Origin: an uncultured Desulfatitalea sp.
GTDB lineage: Bacteria; Desulfobacterota; Desulfobacteria; Desulfobacterales; Desulfosarcinaceae
Direction of reading: 5' to 3'
Length of the DNA: 64,000 nt
Assembly (NCBI GenBank): GCA_963668675.2
Contig: CAXXMB010000001.1
Location: 1,120,001-1,184,000 of the forward strand
Shown here in pieces: positions 1 to 8,701 of this stretch. The position numbers and the translations under genes are program-made. Position 1 is the stretch's first letter. Every line of letters starts with the position of its first letter. The notes beneath the pieces are model-generated. The model saw only the letters and a program-made list of their open reading frames with translations. It did not search any database and had not been told where the DNA came from.

Positions 1-871
1 AGGTGAGAAAATTACCTTCGCTTTTGGCCATCTTCTTCCCGCCGGCAATGATTAAAAAGGCCCCGTGCATCCAGTATCGGAAAAACGGTTTTCCCGTTGC
101 GGCCTCCGACTGGGCAATCTCATTGGTGTGATGCACATCGATATGATCCGTTCCGCCACAGTGGATATCGAGCATCTTACCCAAATACTTCATGCTCATG
201 GCTGAGCACTCGATATGCCAGCCGGGAAATCCGACCCCCCATGGTGAATCCCACTCCATTTGCCGCTGGGCCTCCTTGGGAGAGTATTTCCACAACGCAA
301 AATCAGTGGCATTGCGCTTTTCCGGATTGCGTTCGACCCTGGCCCCCTCCTTGAGGGCATCCAGATCCTGATGGGAGAGTTTGGTGTAGTTCTCGAATTT
401 CGACGTGTCGAAGTAGATGCCGTCGCTGGTTCGGTAGGTATACCCCTTCTCTTCCAATGTGCGGATCAGTTTGATCTGATCTTCGATCGTATCGGTGGCT
501 TTGCACCAGAGCGTGGGCGGTAGAATATTGAGCTTCTCGATATCTTTTTTGAACGCCTCAGTGTAGTATTCGGCGATCTCCCAGGCGCTTTTTCCCTCCC
601 GGCGGGCGCCACTTTCCAGTTTGTCTTCTCCCATATCGCGATCACCGGTCAGATGGCCGACATCGGTGATGTTCATCACGTGTTTGACTCTAAATCCGTT
701 GTAGGTCAGCACGCGCTTGAGTATATCCGAAAATATATAGGTCCGCAGATTGCCGATATGGGCGTAGTTGTAGACGGTGGGACCGCAGGTATAGAGGCCA
801 ACCTTGGGTGGTAGAACAGGTGTGAACACCTCTTTTTGACGGGTCAAGGTATTATATAGCTTAAGGTCCAT
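1..871 (-). CDS. cysS: cysteine--tRNA ligase (5' part; runs off the left edge)
   Basis: Absent from the ORF track; manual translation gives [16 protein letters not shown]...[19 protein letters not shown] (HIGH-like motif) and [10 protein letters not shown] (KMSKS-like motif) near the window edge. Confidence 0.95.
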   Translation of the reverse strand, partial: MDLKLYNTLTRQKEVFTPVLPPKVGLYTCGPTVYNYAHIGNLRTYIFSDILKRVLTYNGFRVKHVMNITDVGHLTGDRDMGEDKLESGARREGKSAWEIAEYYTEAFKKDIEKLNILPPTLWCKATDTIEDQIKLIRTLEEKGYTYRTSDGIYFDTSKFENYTKLSHQDLDALKEGARVERNPEKRNATDFALWKYSPKEAQRQMEWDSPWGVGFPGWHIECSAMSMKYLGKMLDIHCGGTDHIDVHHTNEIAQSEAATGKPFFRYWMHGAFLIIAGGKKMAKSEGNFLT

Positions 872-1176
872 ATGCACTCGCGTTCGTTTGTTGATTTGGC
901 GTTGAATTTGTCATTAAAACACGATCTCTCAGCGCCCGTTTTATGCCTCAAGGCCCGGGTGATTGTCAAACATTACCATTTTGATGCGACACCATTAAGC
1001 GCAGAGCTCTATTGCCTGTTTTGAACAGGGACTAACATAATATCCATCTCCTGTATGTCGACCAACGAGGCGTGGCCGGCGGCACCGCCCTGCCTGTCGG
1101 CAATTTAAAGCCATATATGGACGACACCGGGACGATGACTTATATTGCTGAAAAATCCAATTGCATGGAGGTGGAA

Positions 1177-1449
1177 ATGCGCGCATTTTTAGTACATGAC
1201 GAGAAAAAAGAGATCGATCTGATTGTCGTTCCGGAGCAGGAGTGGCTGGTTGACGTGAATCGCGACGTAATGAATGATTTTATTTCGGTCAATCCTGATT
1301 TCACAAAATGGACAGGGAGGGCACTGAAAGGTTTGACACCCGAATCTTTCGGCCAGATCATTGCCACCCGCGAGGAGAAGGGCGATGTCTGCATCGTCGA
1401 GGCCTCCTTATGGCACCAGCGAATGGCATTTCACTTGGGCAACCCGTAG
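1177..1449 (+). CDS. hypothetical protein (~90 aa)
   Basis: ORF 1072..1449; GGAGG 5 nt before ATG 1177; protein-like composition. Confidence 0.7.
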   Translation: MRAFLVHDEKKEIDLIVVPEQEWLVDVNRDVMNDFISVNPDFTKWTGRALKGLTPESFGQIIATREEKGDVCIVEASLWHQRMAFHLGNP

Positions 1450-1487
1450 CTGGGTCAGATAGACTAAGGTTCGCCCCCATGACATGT

Positions 1488-2015
1488 TCAGTCATCTCTC
1501 TGCTGGCGGGAGCCGTGCATGAATCTATAGTGGAGCACCAAGACACCCGGTTCGAGTTCCCGGTGCCCGATCAGTTCGAGCGTTTCATCCATCGGCTCCT
1601 TAAACAGGGACAATCCCTGGCCGAACACCATGGGTAGAACCGTGACCACCATCTCATCAATCAATTGCTCGTTGGCGAACAGGGAACTGATGGTGGCCCC
1701 TCCTGTGAGAGAGGCTTTGCTGTACCCCTTCGCAGAGAGCTTTTCCAGGATGGTTCGAGGGGGGTCGGAAGTAAACAGCAGGTTCTCCTTGCCTTCATAG
1801 CGATCCGGCTTCCGGGTCATGACCACGTTCAAGCGGTTGGGCAATGGCCTTCCGATGGTGGCGTAAGTGCGCGACCCCATTATGATTACACCGCTCTCTG
1901 TTGTCAGCGCTTTGAACATGCGCTTGTCTTCTTTTCCGGTCCAGTCGGGGAAATGGTTGGGGTGACGGGCGATCATGCCATCAACGGTCATTGCCATTAT
2001 CATTGTTACCTTCAT
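1488..2015 (-). CDS. folA: dihydrofolate reductase
   Basis: Motifs IMGSRTY..IGRPLPNRLNVVMTR and TGGATI; 175 aa. Confidence 0.85.
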   Translation of the reverse strand: MKVTMIMAMTVDGMIARHPNHFPDWTGKEDKRMFKALTTESGVIIMGSRTYATIGRPLPNRLNVVMTRKPDRYEGKENLLFTSDPPRTILEKLSAKGYSKASLTGGATISSLFANEQLIDEMVVTVLPMVFGQGLSLFKEPMDETLELIGHRELEPGVLVLHYRFMHGSRQQRDD

Positions 2016-2148
2016 CGTATTAACTACCCTTCTGTCACTGTTGCTTTATCGCTGGAATAGTCTCTCCTTTTCAAAAAGGGTAGATGGAGGGGTCGTTTTT
2101 GTCAAACATCTCTATCGTCCCCTTGCGCCCCTCCTATTCAAAGGGTGA

Positions 2149-3126
2149 TCAGGGCATCAGCAAAGATGATCCCATCGTATTTCTGGACGCCAGCGCGCGA
2201 TGGGCATCGGCGGCCTCTTTGAGTGGAAAATGCTGGTTGATCTCGACGCGAACCGCACCCTCGGTCACGACCTTAAACAGATCCGAAGCGTGTGCCAGCA
2301 GGTCCTCCCGCTTGGCTGTGTAAGTCATCAGCGATGGTCGCGTCAAAAACAGCGACCCATGAGCGGCCAGCACTCCTGGATCGAACGGTGCCACCGGCCC
2401 TGACGCCTGACCGAATGAGACCATCGTCCCCATCGGTTTCAAACAGGCAAGGGAACGCAAAAAGGTGGCCTGACCGACCGAGTCGTAGACCACATTGACA
2501 CCCTCACCGGAGGTAATCGCCTTCACCTTTTCGACGAAGTCCTCCTTCTGGTAAAGAATCGGGTATTTGCATCCACGGGCGGCCGCATAGGCCGCTTTCT
2601 CCTCACTGCCCACGGTGCCGATGACGGTGGCCCCCAGATGATGCGCCCATTGGCAGGCAAGACTGCCTACGCCTCCCGCCGCTGCATGGATCAGCAATAC
2701 ATCCCCCTGTTTCACAGGGTAACATCCAAAAAGGAGATAGCGGGCCGTCATTCCCTTCAACATCATGGCCGCGGCCATGGACGTATCAATAGCATCGGGG
2801 AGTTTAACCAATCGGTGTGCTGCTATGACACGTTGTTCGGCATAGGCGCCTGGCGGCACCCCGGCATAGGCCACACGATCGCCGACATCCAGCCCCTCCA
2901 CCTCCGGCCCAATCTCCTCGACGACACCTGCCCCCTCCATCCCGATAGTGGCCGGCAATTGCGCAAGCGGATAAAGCCCGCTGCGATGATAGACATCGAT
3001 ATAGTTGAGGCCGATGGCTTCATGACGCACCCTGACCTCCCCCTTTTCAGGCACTCCCGGATCATACTCCTCCAACCGCAGCACCTCGGGACCTCCGGTT
3101 TCGTGAATGCGAATCGCGATACTCAT
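2149..3126 (-). CDS. qor: NADPH:quinone oxidoreductase (zeta-crystallin family)
   Basis: GGPEVL, GLNYIDVYHRSGLY, HAAAGGVG, GSLFLTRPSL. Confidence 0.9.
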   Translation of the reverse strand: MSIAIRIHETGGPEVLRLEEYDPGVPEKGEVRVRHEAIGLNYIDVYHRSGLYPLAQLPATIGMEGAGVVEEIGPEVEGLDVGDRVAYAGVPPGAYAEQRVIAAHRLVKLPDAIDTSMAAAMMLKGMTARYLLFGCYPVKQGDVLLIHAAAGGVGSLACQWAHHLGATVIGTVGSEEKAAYAAARGCKYPILYQKEDFVEKVKAITSGEGVNVVYDSVGQATFLRSLACLKPMGTMVSFGQASGPVAPFDPGVLAAHGSLFLTRPSLMTYTAKREDLLAHASDLFKVVTEGAVRVEINQHFPLKEAADAHRALASRNTMGSSLLMP

Positions 3127-3215
3127 ACGTCACCTCCAAGCTGTTTTTTATACGCCTATTAAATTTAGCTAAACACTGTAATAAATCGGTTGCATGGCCG
3201 TCTAAAATTGATACT

Positions 3216-3242
3216 TAACTTTCCGCGCCATGAAACCGATAA
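3216..3242 (+). promoter_or_regulatory. sigma28 (FliA)-type promoter for the HDOD gene
   Basis: TAAC-N15-ACCGATAA against consensus TAAA-N15-GCCGATAA. Confidence 0.55.
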
Positions 3243-3377
3243 TAAGACTGACCTGGGCTGAGAAAAGGCAAGAGCGCATTTTTACCGCTATGGTCAAGCA
3301 ACCTGTTTCAGCGGACCGGTGCTCTCGCCTGCTTGGCCGGCCAATTTCACCGGCCATTTGAAGAAACGAGGAAATTT

Positions 3378-4427
3378 ATGCAAATTGTCTGCAAAGAATG
3401 TAGCAAATCATACACACTGCCGGACGAACGTCTGCCCCATGGTAAAGTCGTCTCCTTTCCATGCCCCTCCTGCAAGTCGAAGATCGTACTGGACCTGCGC
3501 GACGACGTCGAAGAGGACTCCGCGGATGGCGACCGACTCGTCTTCAAGCCACTTGCCGATGAGTCAGAGTCGCAATTGACCAGTGATGATATCAAGAAAA
3601 AAATCATAAAGCGCATCAACGATCTTCCGCCGATGCCCAAAGTGCTGTTCAAGGCAAGGAAAGTATTGTCGGACCCCAATTCGAGCTTCAAGGACATCTC
3701 ACAGATCATCGAGACGGATCAGGCGATTGCCGCAAAGATTCTGAAGGTCGCCAACTCCGCCTATTATGGACTTAGCGGAATGGTGAGTTCGATCCACCAG
3801 GCCTCAGTGGTGCTGGGATATCAAACCCTCGAGCAGGTGATTACCATGGTCTCCTCCACTTCCCTTCTGGGAAAACAACTGAAAGGCTATGGCTTGAATG
3901 CCGGAGGGTTGTGGAAACACAGTCTGGCCACGGCACTGGCTTCGAGGCTCATTGCACTCAAGCGGGCGCCGAGCCTGGAAAACGATGCCTTCTCCGTGGG
4001 CCTGATCCACGACGCCGGCAAATTGGCCCTGGATCCCCATATTGCCAAGAATAGAAAAGAGATCGATCAATATTTGCGCGACGGATCGACCTCTTTTTTA
4101 ATGGCTGAGCGTCATGTGATGGGATTCGACCATACCGAGATCGCCCAGGACCTTTGCCAAAAGTGGAAATTGCCGGAAAACCATGCAGCGGCCATGCGCT
4201 ATCATCACTCGCCCGAAGAGTCGGATGACAACCAGTTGGCCCATATTGTCCACCTGGCCAATCACATCGCCTGCCTCGCCGGGCTTGGCGGTGGCCCTGG
4301 GTTTGATGACCTGCCGGTCTCCCCAGCCAGCCTGGCGTTTTTGGCCCTGAAAGAGTCCGCACTTGAGGAGTTGGCAACCGAGGTTTCAGGCTCGGTTGAA
4401 GAGATCACCGCCACCCTTATCGGGTGA
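3378..4427 (+). CDS. zinc-ribbon + HDOD domain signalling protein
   Basis: N-terminal CKEC...CPSC; HDOD motifs LPPMP, DQAIAAKILKVANSAYYG, GLIHDAGKL, GFDHTE; GAGG before ATG 3378. Confidence 0.9.
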   Translation: MQIVCKECSKSYTLPDERLPHGKVVSFPCPSCKSKIVLDLRDDVEEDSADGDRLVFKPLADESESQLTSDDIKKKIIKRINDLPPMPKVLFKARKVLSDPNSSFKDISQIIETDQAIAAKILKVANSAYYGLSGMVSSIHQASVVLGYQTLEQVITMVSSTSLLGKQLKGYGLNAGGLWKHSLATALASRLIALKRAPSLENDAFSVGLIHDAGKLALDPHIAKNRKEIDQYLRDGSTSFLMAERHVMGFDHTEIAQDLCQKWKLPENHAAAMRYHHSPEESDDNQLAHIVHLANHIACLAGLGGGPGFDDLPVSPASLAFLALKESALEELATEVSGSVEEITATLIG

Positions 4428-4597
4428 ATTCCGCACCCTGCCATAGGCATCTTGAAACGACAGATTAGCAAGGGGCGCACAAATGCGACCACTGGTTCGC
4501 CATCCAGCCCCTTGCTTCTTACTCCGGTTTTTGAGATGATCTTCGCGCACTGAAACATGGCCTCACACCTCGTGAGCAAACTGAAAGGAGTATGCTG

Positions 4598-5011
4598 ATG
4601 GCCACCTCAAACGATATGCTAACCACCCAGCAATTCGCTGAAAAAGCATCCGTTTCCGCCTCCACGGTATCCAAATGGCTGCGCGAAGGAAAAATCGAAG
4701 GCGTAAAACAGGGCCGAAAATGGATGATTTCGGTCGAGCAACTGTCAAAGATGACCGCAACGGGAAAACCGGCGAGCAAAACCCAACCCGCCGCCAAGGC
4801 ATCGGCCGCAGCCCCGGCAACTCGTTCGGCAGGCGAGAATGGCAAGGGCTACTCGATCGATCAGTTCAGCGAGATGACCTATCTGACACCATTCGGGGTG
4901 GAGCGCTATCTGAAGGAGGGACGTCTGACAGGCTCGAGAGATAGTTCGGGCGCATGGATCATCGATGCAGACAATCTGGACAGAGGGGATATCAAGCACT
5001 TGGTTCGGTAG
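4598..5011 (+). CDS. protein with tandem excisionase/MerR-like (HTH_17) DNA-binding domains
   Basis: Two ~50-aa winged HTH-like units (LTTQQFAE...WLREGKIEG.KQGRKWMI; YSIDQFSE...YLKEGRLTG....GAWII) joined by an Ala/Lys/Pro linker; AAGGAG RBS. Confidence 0.8.
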   Translation: MATSNDMLTTQQFAEKASVSASTVSKWLREGKIEGVKQGRKWMISVEQLSKMTATGKPASKTQPAAKASAAAPATRSAGENGKGYSIDQFSEMTYLTPFGVERYLKEGRLTGSRDSSGAWIIDADNLDRGDIKHLVR

Positions 5012-5110
5012 CCGGGTTTCCGGGTCCTCCTGACGACCTGTATGCTCTCCCGCTGCTTAGCGAATCTATTTCCGGTAAACCCAACCATCGTCCACGCATG
5101 ATAAAAACAT

Positions 5111-5137
5111 GCCCGCCCCAGTTCAACGGGGGCGGGC
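5111..5137. terminator. GC-rich hairpin between convergent genes
   Basis: GCCCGCCCC...GGGGCGGGC inverted repeat. Confidence 0.5.
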
Positions 5138-5179
5138 CAAACGATTCGGATCAGGGCGGACCAAGTTCCCTGGGAGGGG

Positions 5180-6229
5180 TCACTCGATAATGCCTTTATA
5201 GAGGAAATAGCCATAGGCAATGGCGCAAAGTAGCCCTATAAATCTGGGCAGGCGCCCCCAGATGGCAATCAAGATCAGGTGCATCAAGCCGGCTGAGATA
5301 ATGATGACCACGCCCAGGTGAAAATAGCTTGGAATGGTAATCGGCGCGAAGAGGGCAAAGAGGCCGATGCACATGGGGATACAGATATGGCCATCGCCGA
5401 TCTGGGAGCTAAAGACAATGTCGGCGCGCTTGATGCGTGCATAGTAGAGTGCCAAAAGTGCATTGGGCAGTACCATCAGCAAACCGGTGAGCCACCCCAG
5501 GTTCTGGAATACGAGCAAACCGGTTCCGCTGCGGGGAATCCATGCCACCAACCCCTCTATGGCCTGGTAGACGCCCAACCCGCCAATGATCACCAGACAG
5601 ATGTCCCAAATGATCGACCACTTTAACGACTGCCCCCGGTAGATATTGTGCTTGAGCACATCAAAAACATGGAAAATTTGCCAGAAGAGAAAAACTCCGA
5701 CCAACACAAGACCGTCTCCGAAATCGAGACGGCCGTCTCTTGCCAGGGCCCACAACACTCCCGTAAAAAAAAGCAGCGCCAGCAGGGTTAACAGCAACGA
5801 GAGATAGTTGAGCCGGTGGGACTTCGATGCAATCTTTTCGAATCCCGATTTGCGCTTATCGGGAAAAAGGGTCAGCGGCCACAACAGGGCCGGCAAGCCG
5901 ATCAGCAGGGTCAGGTTGGTGACATTGTTGACCAGGCAGTTTTCTAAAACCAATGTCCCGTTGCCTCCCGAACGCCCCATGACGTAGGCGAATGCGAGAT
6001 TGGAGAAACCGGAGGCATAGGGCATGATCACTGTGCCGAGAACAGTACCTTCGAGACCTTTTCTCTCCAGCACGCCGAGGCGCCAGATCATGAGAAAAGA
6101 GGCGATGGCGAACAAGATGAGGGAAAACCCGGGTTCAAATCCGGAAAGCGCTGCTGTGGCCGCGTTCCATTTGGGACCGATCTGCTGCCACAGTTCAGAG
6201 AAGGTTTCGAAGGAAATGGATAGCTGCAT
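5180..6229 (-). CDS. cation:Ca2+ antiporter (CaCA/YrbG)-like membrane protein
   Basis: About 10 hydrophobic segments with an internal two-fold repeat; alpha-repeat motifs are atypical. Confidence 0.7.
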   Translation of the reverse strand: MQLSISFETFSELWQQIGPKWNAATAALSGFEPGFSLILFAIASFLMIWRLGVLERKGLEGTVLGTVIMPYASGFSNLAFAYVMGRSGGNGTLVLENCLVNNVTNLTLLIGLPALLWPLTLFPDKRKSGFEKIASKSHRLNYLSLLLTLLALLFFTGVLWALARDGRLDFGDGLVLVGVFLFWQIFHVFDVLKHNIYRGQSLKWSIIWDICLVIIGGLGVYQAIEGLVAWIPRSGTGLLVFQNLGWLTGLLMVLPNALLALYYARIKRADIVFSSQIGDGHICIPMCIGLFALFAPITIPSYFHLGVVIIISAGLMHLILIAIWGRLPRFIGLLCAIAYGYFLYKGIIE

Positions 6230-6243
6230 TGGTCTCCCGGATT

Positions 6244-6657
6244 CTAAACAGACGTAACCAATGCCTGCCAGTGTTGTTTCAAACCACGATAGGCCTGAAC
6301 AAGCTTCTCCAGTTCATCCACATCCTTGCGCGCCACATCCAGATTTTCAGCATAGGTGTAGACACGTTGACGTTCGGGCAGAGAAAAGTTGCGGTCCAGG
6401 GAGGCCAACATGATGGCATCCTTGAGAATCATCAAAGCGGTCAGCCGAGACACTTTTTTCCGGCCTAATTTATAGTCTTTGCCGGTTGTTTGCAGAACAT
6501 CCTCGTAGTCGATCCCCAGCGCGTTCGCTTTGCCTCGAATGTAGGCATACTCAGGAGGTCCGTTTTCTCTATCTGATTTGGCGATCGCGATGAGCATGCG
6601 AATATAGGTTTGAACATCGAAATCAGGAGTTTGGGCATTTACGAAATCAATATCCAT
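6244..6657 (-). CDS. TerB-like domain protein
   Basis: LIAIAKSD....PE and IMLASLDRNFSLPER pattern of the TerB fold. Confidence 0.7.
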   Translation of the reverse strand: MDIDFVNAQTPDFDVQTYIRMLIAIAKSDRENGPPEYAYIRGKANALGIDYEDVLQTTGKDYKLGRKKVSRLTALMILKDAIMLASLDRNFSLPERQRVYTYAENLDVARKDVDELEKLVQAYRGLKQHWQALVTSV

Positions 6658-6766
6658 TGTTTGCTATCCTTGATGCGATTTATGGTTTTTCTGCCTAATG
6701 GTGAACAGTATGCCATAGCCTGGAGATAAATTCAAAGATTCGCGCAGTCCGACTCGTTCAACTAAG

Positions 6767-6793
6767 TTATCGGCCGAAATATTAAGAAATTTA
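6767..6793 (-). promoter_or_regulatory. sigma28-type promoter for the TerB-like/antiporter pair
   Basis: Exact TAAA-N15-GCCGATAA on the minus strand. Confidence 0.75.
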
Positions 6794-6809
6794 ATCTTCC
6801 AGCCGATAT
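6783..6809 (+). promoter_or_regulatory. sigma28-type promoter for the PilZ gene
   Basis: TAAG-N15-GCCGATAT. Confidence 0.7.
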
Positions 6810-6864
6810 ATCTTTTGACCCGTTGATGGAAACGGATTTTTGAAATGAGATGCGTAGGAAACGT

Positions 6865-7431
6865 ATGAATCACCTTAAGCCGGCACTTCTTGTATTGATC
6901 GGTATCTGCATCATGACCTGGCTCATGGGCCGCGGATCAACGCCTCACTTGCGCCACGGCTTGCCATTTCTCTTCTCGACCCTATTCTGGATATCCGGTG
7001 CCCTTAGCATGGTTCTCGCAGCGATGGTCATTTTCGGCAGAAAACAGAGCGTCACGGACCAGGAGAGGCCTTCGATACAATCCAGGTCTTTGAATCGCCG
7101 GCAATCCTTCCGAATCGAATATCCGACTGAGCTGAGGCCCACTCTCATTATTGAAGCATCCGATGTTAAGCTTGAACACCAGGTTGAGCTGCCGGTGATC
7201 GATCTTTCGGAAGACGGCATTCGCTTTGTGGATGACGGCCAGCTTATGGGGGCGAACGAAGTGGCTGGCCAGCTTCGTTTCAATAGTGGCGAGACCGTAC
7301 CGATTGCCGGTACGGTTGTGAGGCGAACAGATCAGCACATATGCTTATGCCTCCAGCATGGCCTGACATGGGCGACCCTGCTGGAAGAGCAGAGAGTTCT
7401 CATCAGGCGCCTGAATGAATCCGCGGAATAA
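6865..7431 (+). CDS. membrane-anchored PilZ domain protein
   Basis: Two N-terminal hydrophobic helices, then NRRQSFR (RxxxR) and DLSEDG (DxSxxG). Confidence 0.85.
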   Translation: MNHLKPALLVLIGICIMTWLMGRGSTPHLRHGLPFLFSTLFWISGALSMVLAAMVIFGRKQSVTDQERPSIQSRSLNRRQSFRIEYPTELRPTLIIEASDVKLEHQVELPVIDLSEDGIRFVDDGQLMGANEVAGQLRFNSGETVPIAGTVVRRTDQHICLCLQHGLTWATLLEEQRVLIRRLNESAE

Positions 7432-7643
7432 ATTCCCATCCCGCCGCCAGAATCGAGCCTAACCGATTGAGCCTTTTTCGGTGCCACGGCGCCTCGCACC
7501 AATCTAAAAGTTTAGCATTTTGCAAATTTCATTTTGCATAATGCCTCAAAAACAAGACCTTACTCGAGCGACCGCAAATTTGGCTAAAATTATAACCATT
7601 TGTTATATTTACATTATTTGTTTTTTTTAGAATCTTTTTAAAA

Positions 7644-7659
7644 TGGCACAAATAATGCT
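7644..7659 (+). promoter_or_regulatory. sigma54 -24/-12 promoter
   Basis: TGGCACAAATAATGCT (GG-N10-GC), preceded by an AT-rich IHF-like tract. Confidence 0.7.
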
Positions 7660-7669
7660 TACTTATAAA

Positions 7670-7740
7670 ATGAAGCCTAACTTTTTCATCATCTTCCTCT
7701 CTTGCAAGCAGGGTGGCGCTCAGCGCCACCCTGCTGCCCC
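7670..7740 (+). ncRNA. candidate sigma54-dependent small RNA
   Basis: Starts at the predicted +1 of the sigma54 promoter; CU-rich single strand followed by a perfect hairpin at 7707-7735; lies between convergent genes. Confidence 0.45.
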
Positions 7741-7754
7741 TCTAAGAACCAAAA

Positions 7755-8240
7755 TTATAAAACCTGAGTTCCGTACTCATCCTGAAACGTCAATATCTCT
7801 TTAAGCTTATCGATATGGGAACGCTCCTCCTCTATGATTTTTTCAAGCTGTTGCCTGGCCTCATCATCATCGAGAAAGCCGGATAGCATCTCATAGAAAA
7901 GAATGGTGTCCTTCTCAAATTCGATGGACTGATGAATTACGTCCTGAGGATGTTCGGCGGCCGCCATTTCCCCCTTGTTCAAGGAAAACGTTTCCGGTGC
8001 CATCATCTCCTGCAACAGATCACGCCCCATCTTGGCGATCTGTAGATCCGTTTCAGTAAGTGGTTTTGCCACCTCCACCTGTTCAAACCAACAGGCGTGT
8101 CTCGCTTCGTCTTCTGCCAGTATCTCAAGCAGCTTTACCACCTCAGGCACCCGGCTCTTTTGAGCAGCCTCCCGGTAAGCAATTTCTCCGTTACGCTCAA
8201 TCTGAATTGCGATATCGCATATATCAGCCAAGGTGAACAT
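7755..8240 (-). CDS. rubrerythrin/ferritin-like diiron protein
   Basis: IQIERNG...Y, DEARH, EFEKD..LFY, EERSH (paired ExxH motifs). Confidence 0.85.
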   Translation of the reverse strand: MFTLADICDIAIQIERNGEIAYREAAQKSRVPEVVKLLEILAEDEARHACWFEQVEVAKPLTETDLQIAKMGRDLLQEMMAPETFSLNKGEMAAAEHPQDVIHQSIEFEKDTILFYEMLSGFLDDDEARQQLEKIIEEERSHIDKLKEILTFQDEYGTQVL

Positions 8241-8701
8241 GATTCCTTCCCTTTCTCAAGCGGTTCGATCGCATGAATTAAAGTCTATTCGCAGAAAGCG
8301 GATACCGAATCCACGGCTTCCCCATTTTTGTATCATCAAAACAGCGCAGCATTCAATCCCGATGATCGGCCTCCTGAAGCGTTGCCCCAATCGCTTTTTT
8401 CCAGATTTGAATTAAAACATATTGAGCGGTTGTTCCATTAAAGGTATAAAGGCGCCAGCTCGGCTACCACTAACGAGCAGAACCAATGCATTGCTAAATT
8501 GCTTACCATTCACTGTGGCTACCCCATTCTGAGATGCCTTGATCTGATCGGCGCAATGCACCATATTGACACTGAATCGATATACTTGGATAATGCAGGT
8601 TGAGATGAATATGGGGAAGGTGCTGCTGATAAGACAACCGACAAGACAACCCGTAGTAACACGCCTCAACCACCCTTAAGGGAACTCATCGAACACAGGG
8701 A

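Noticed and set aside
8412..8669. 85-aa ORF in the rubrerythrin/kinase intergenic region
   Set aside because: No RBS or motifs; more likely promoter DNA
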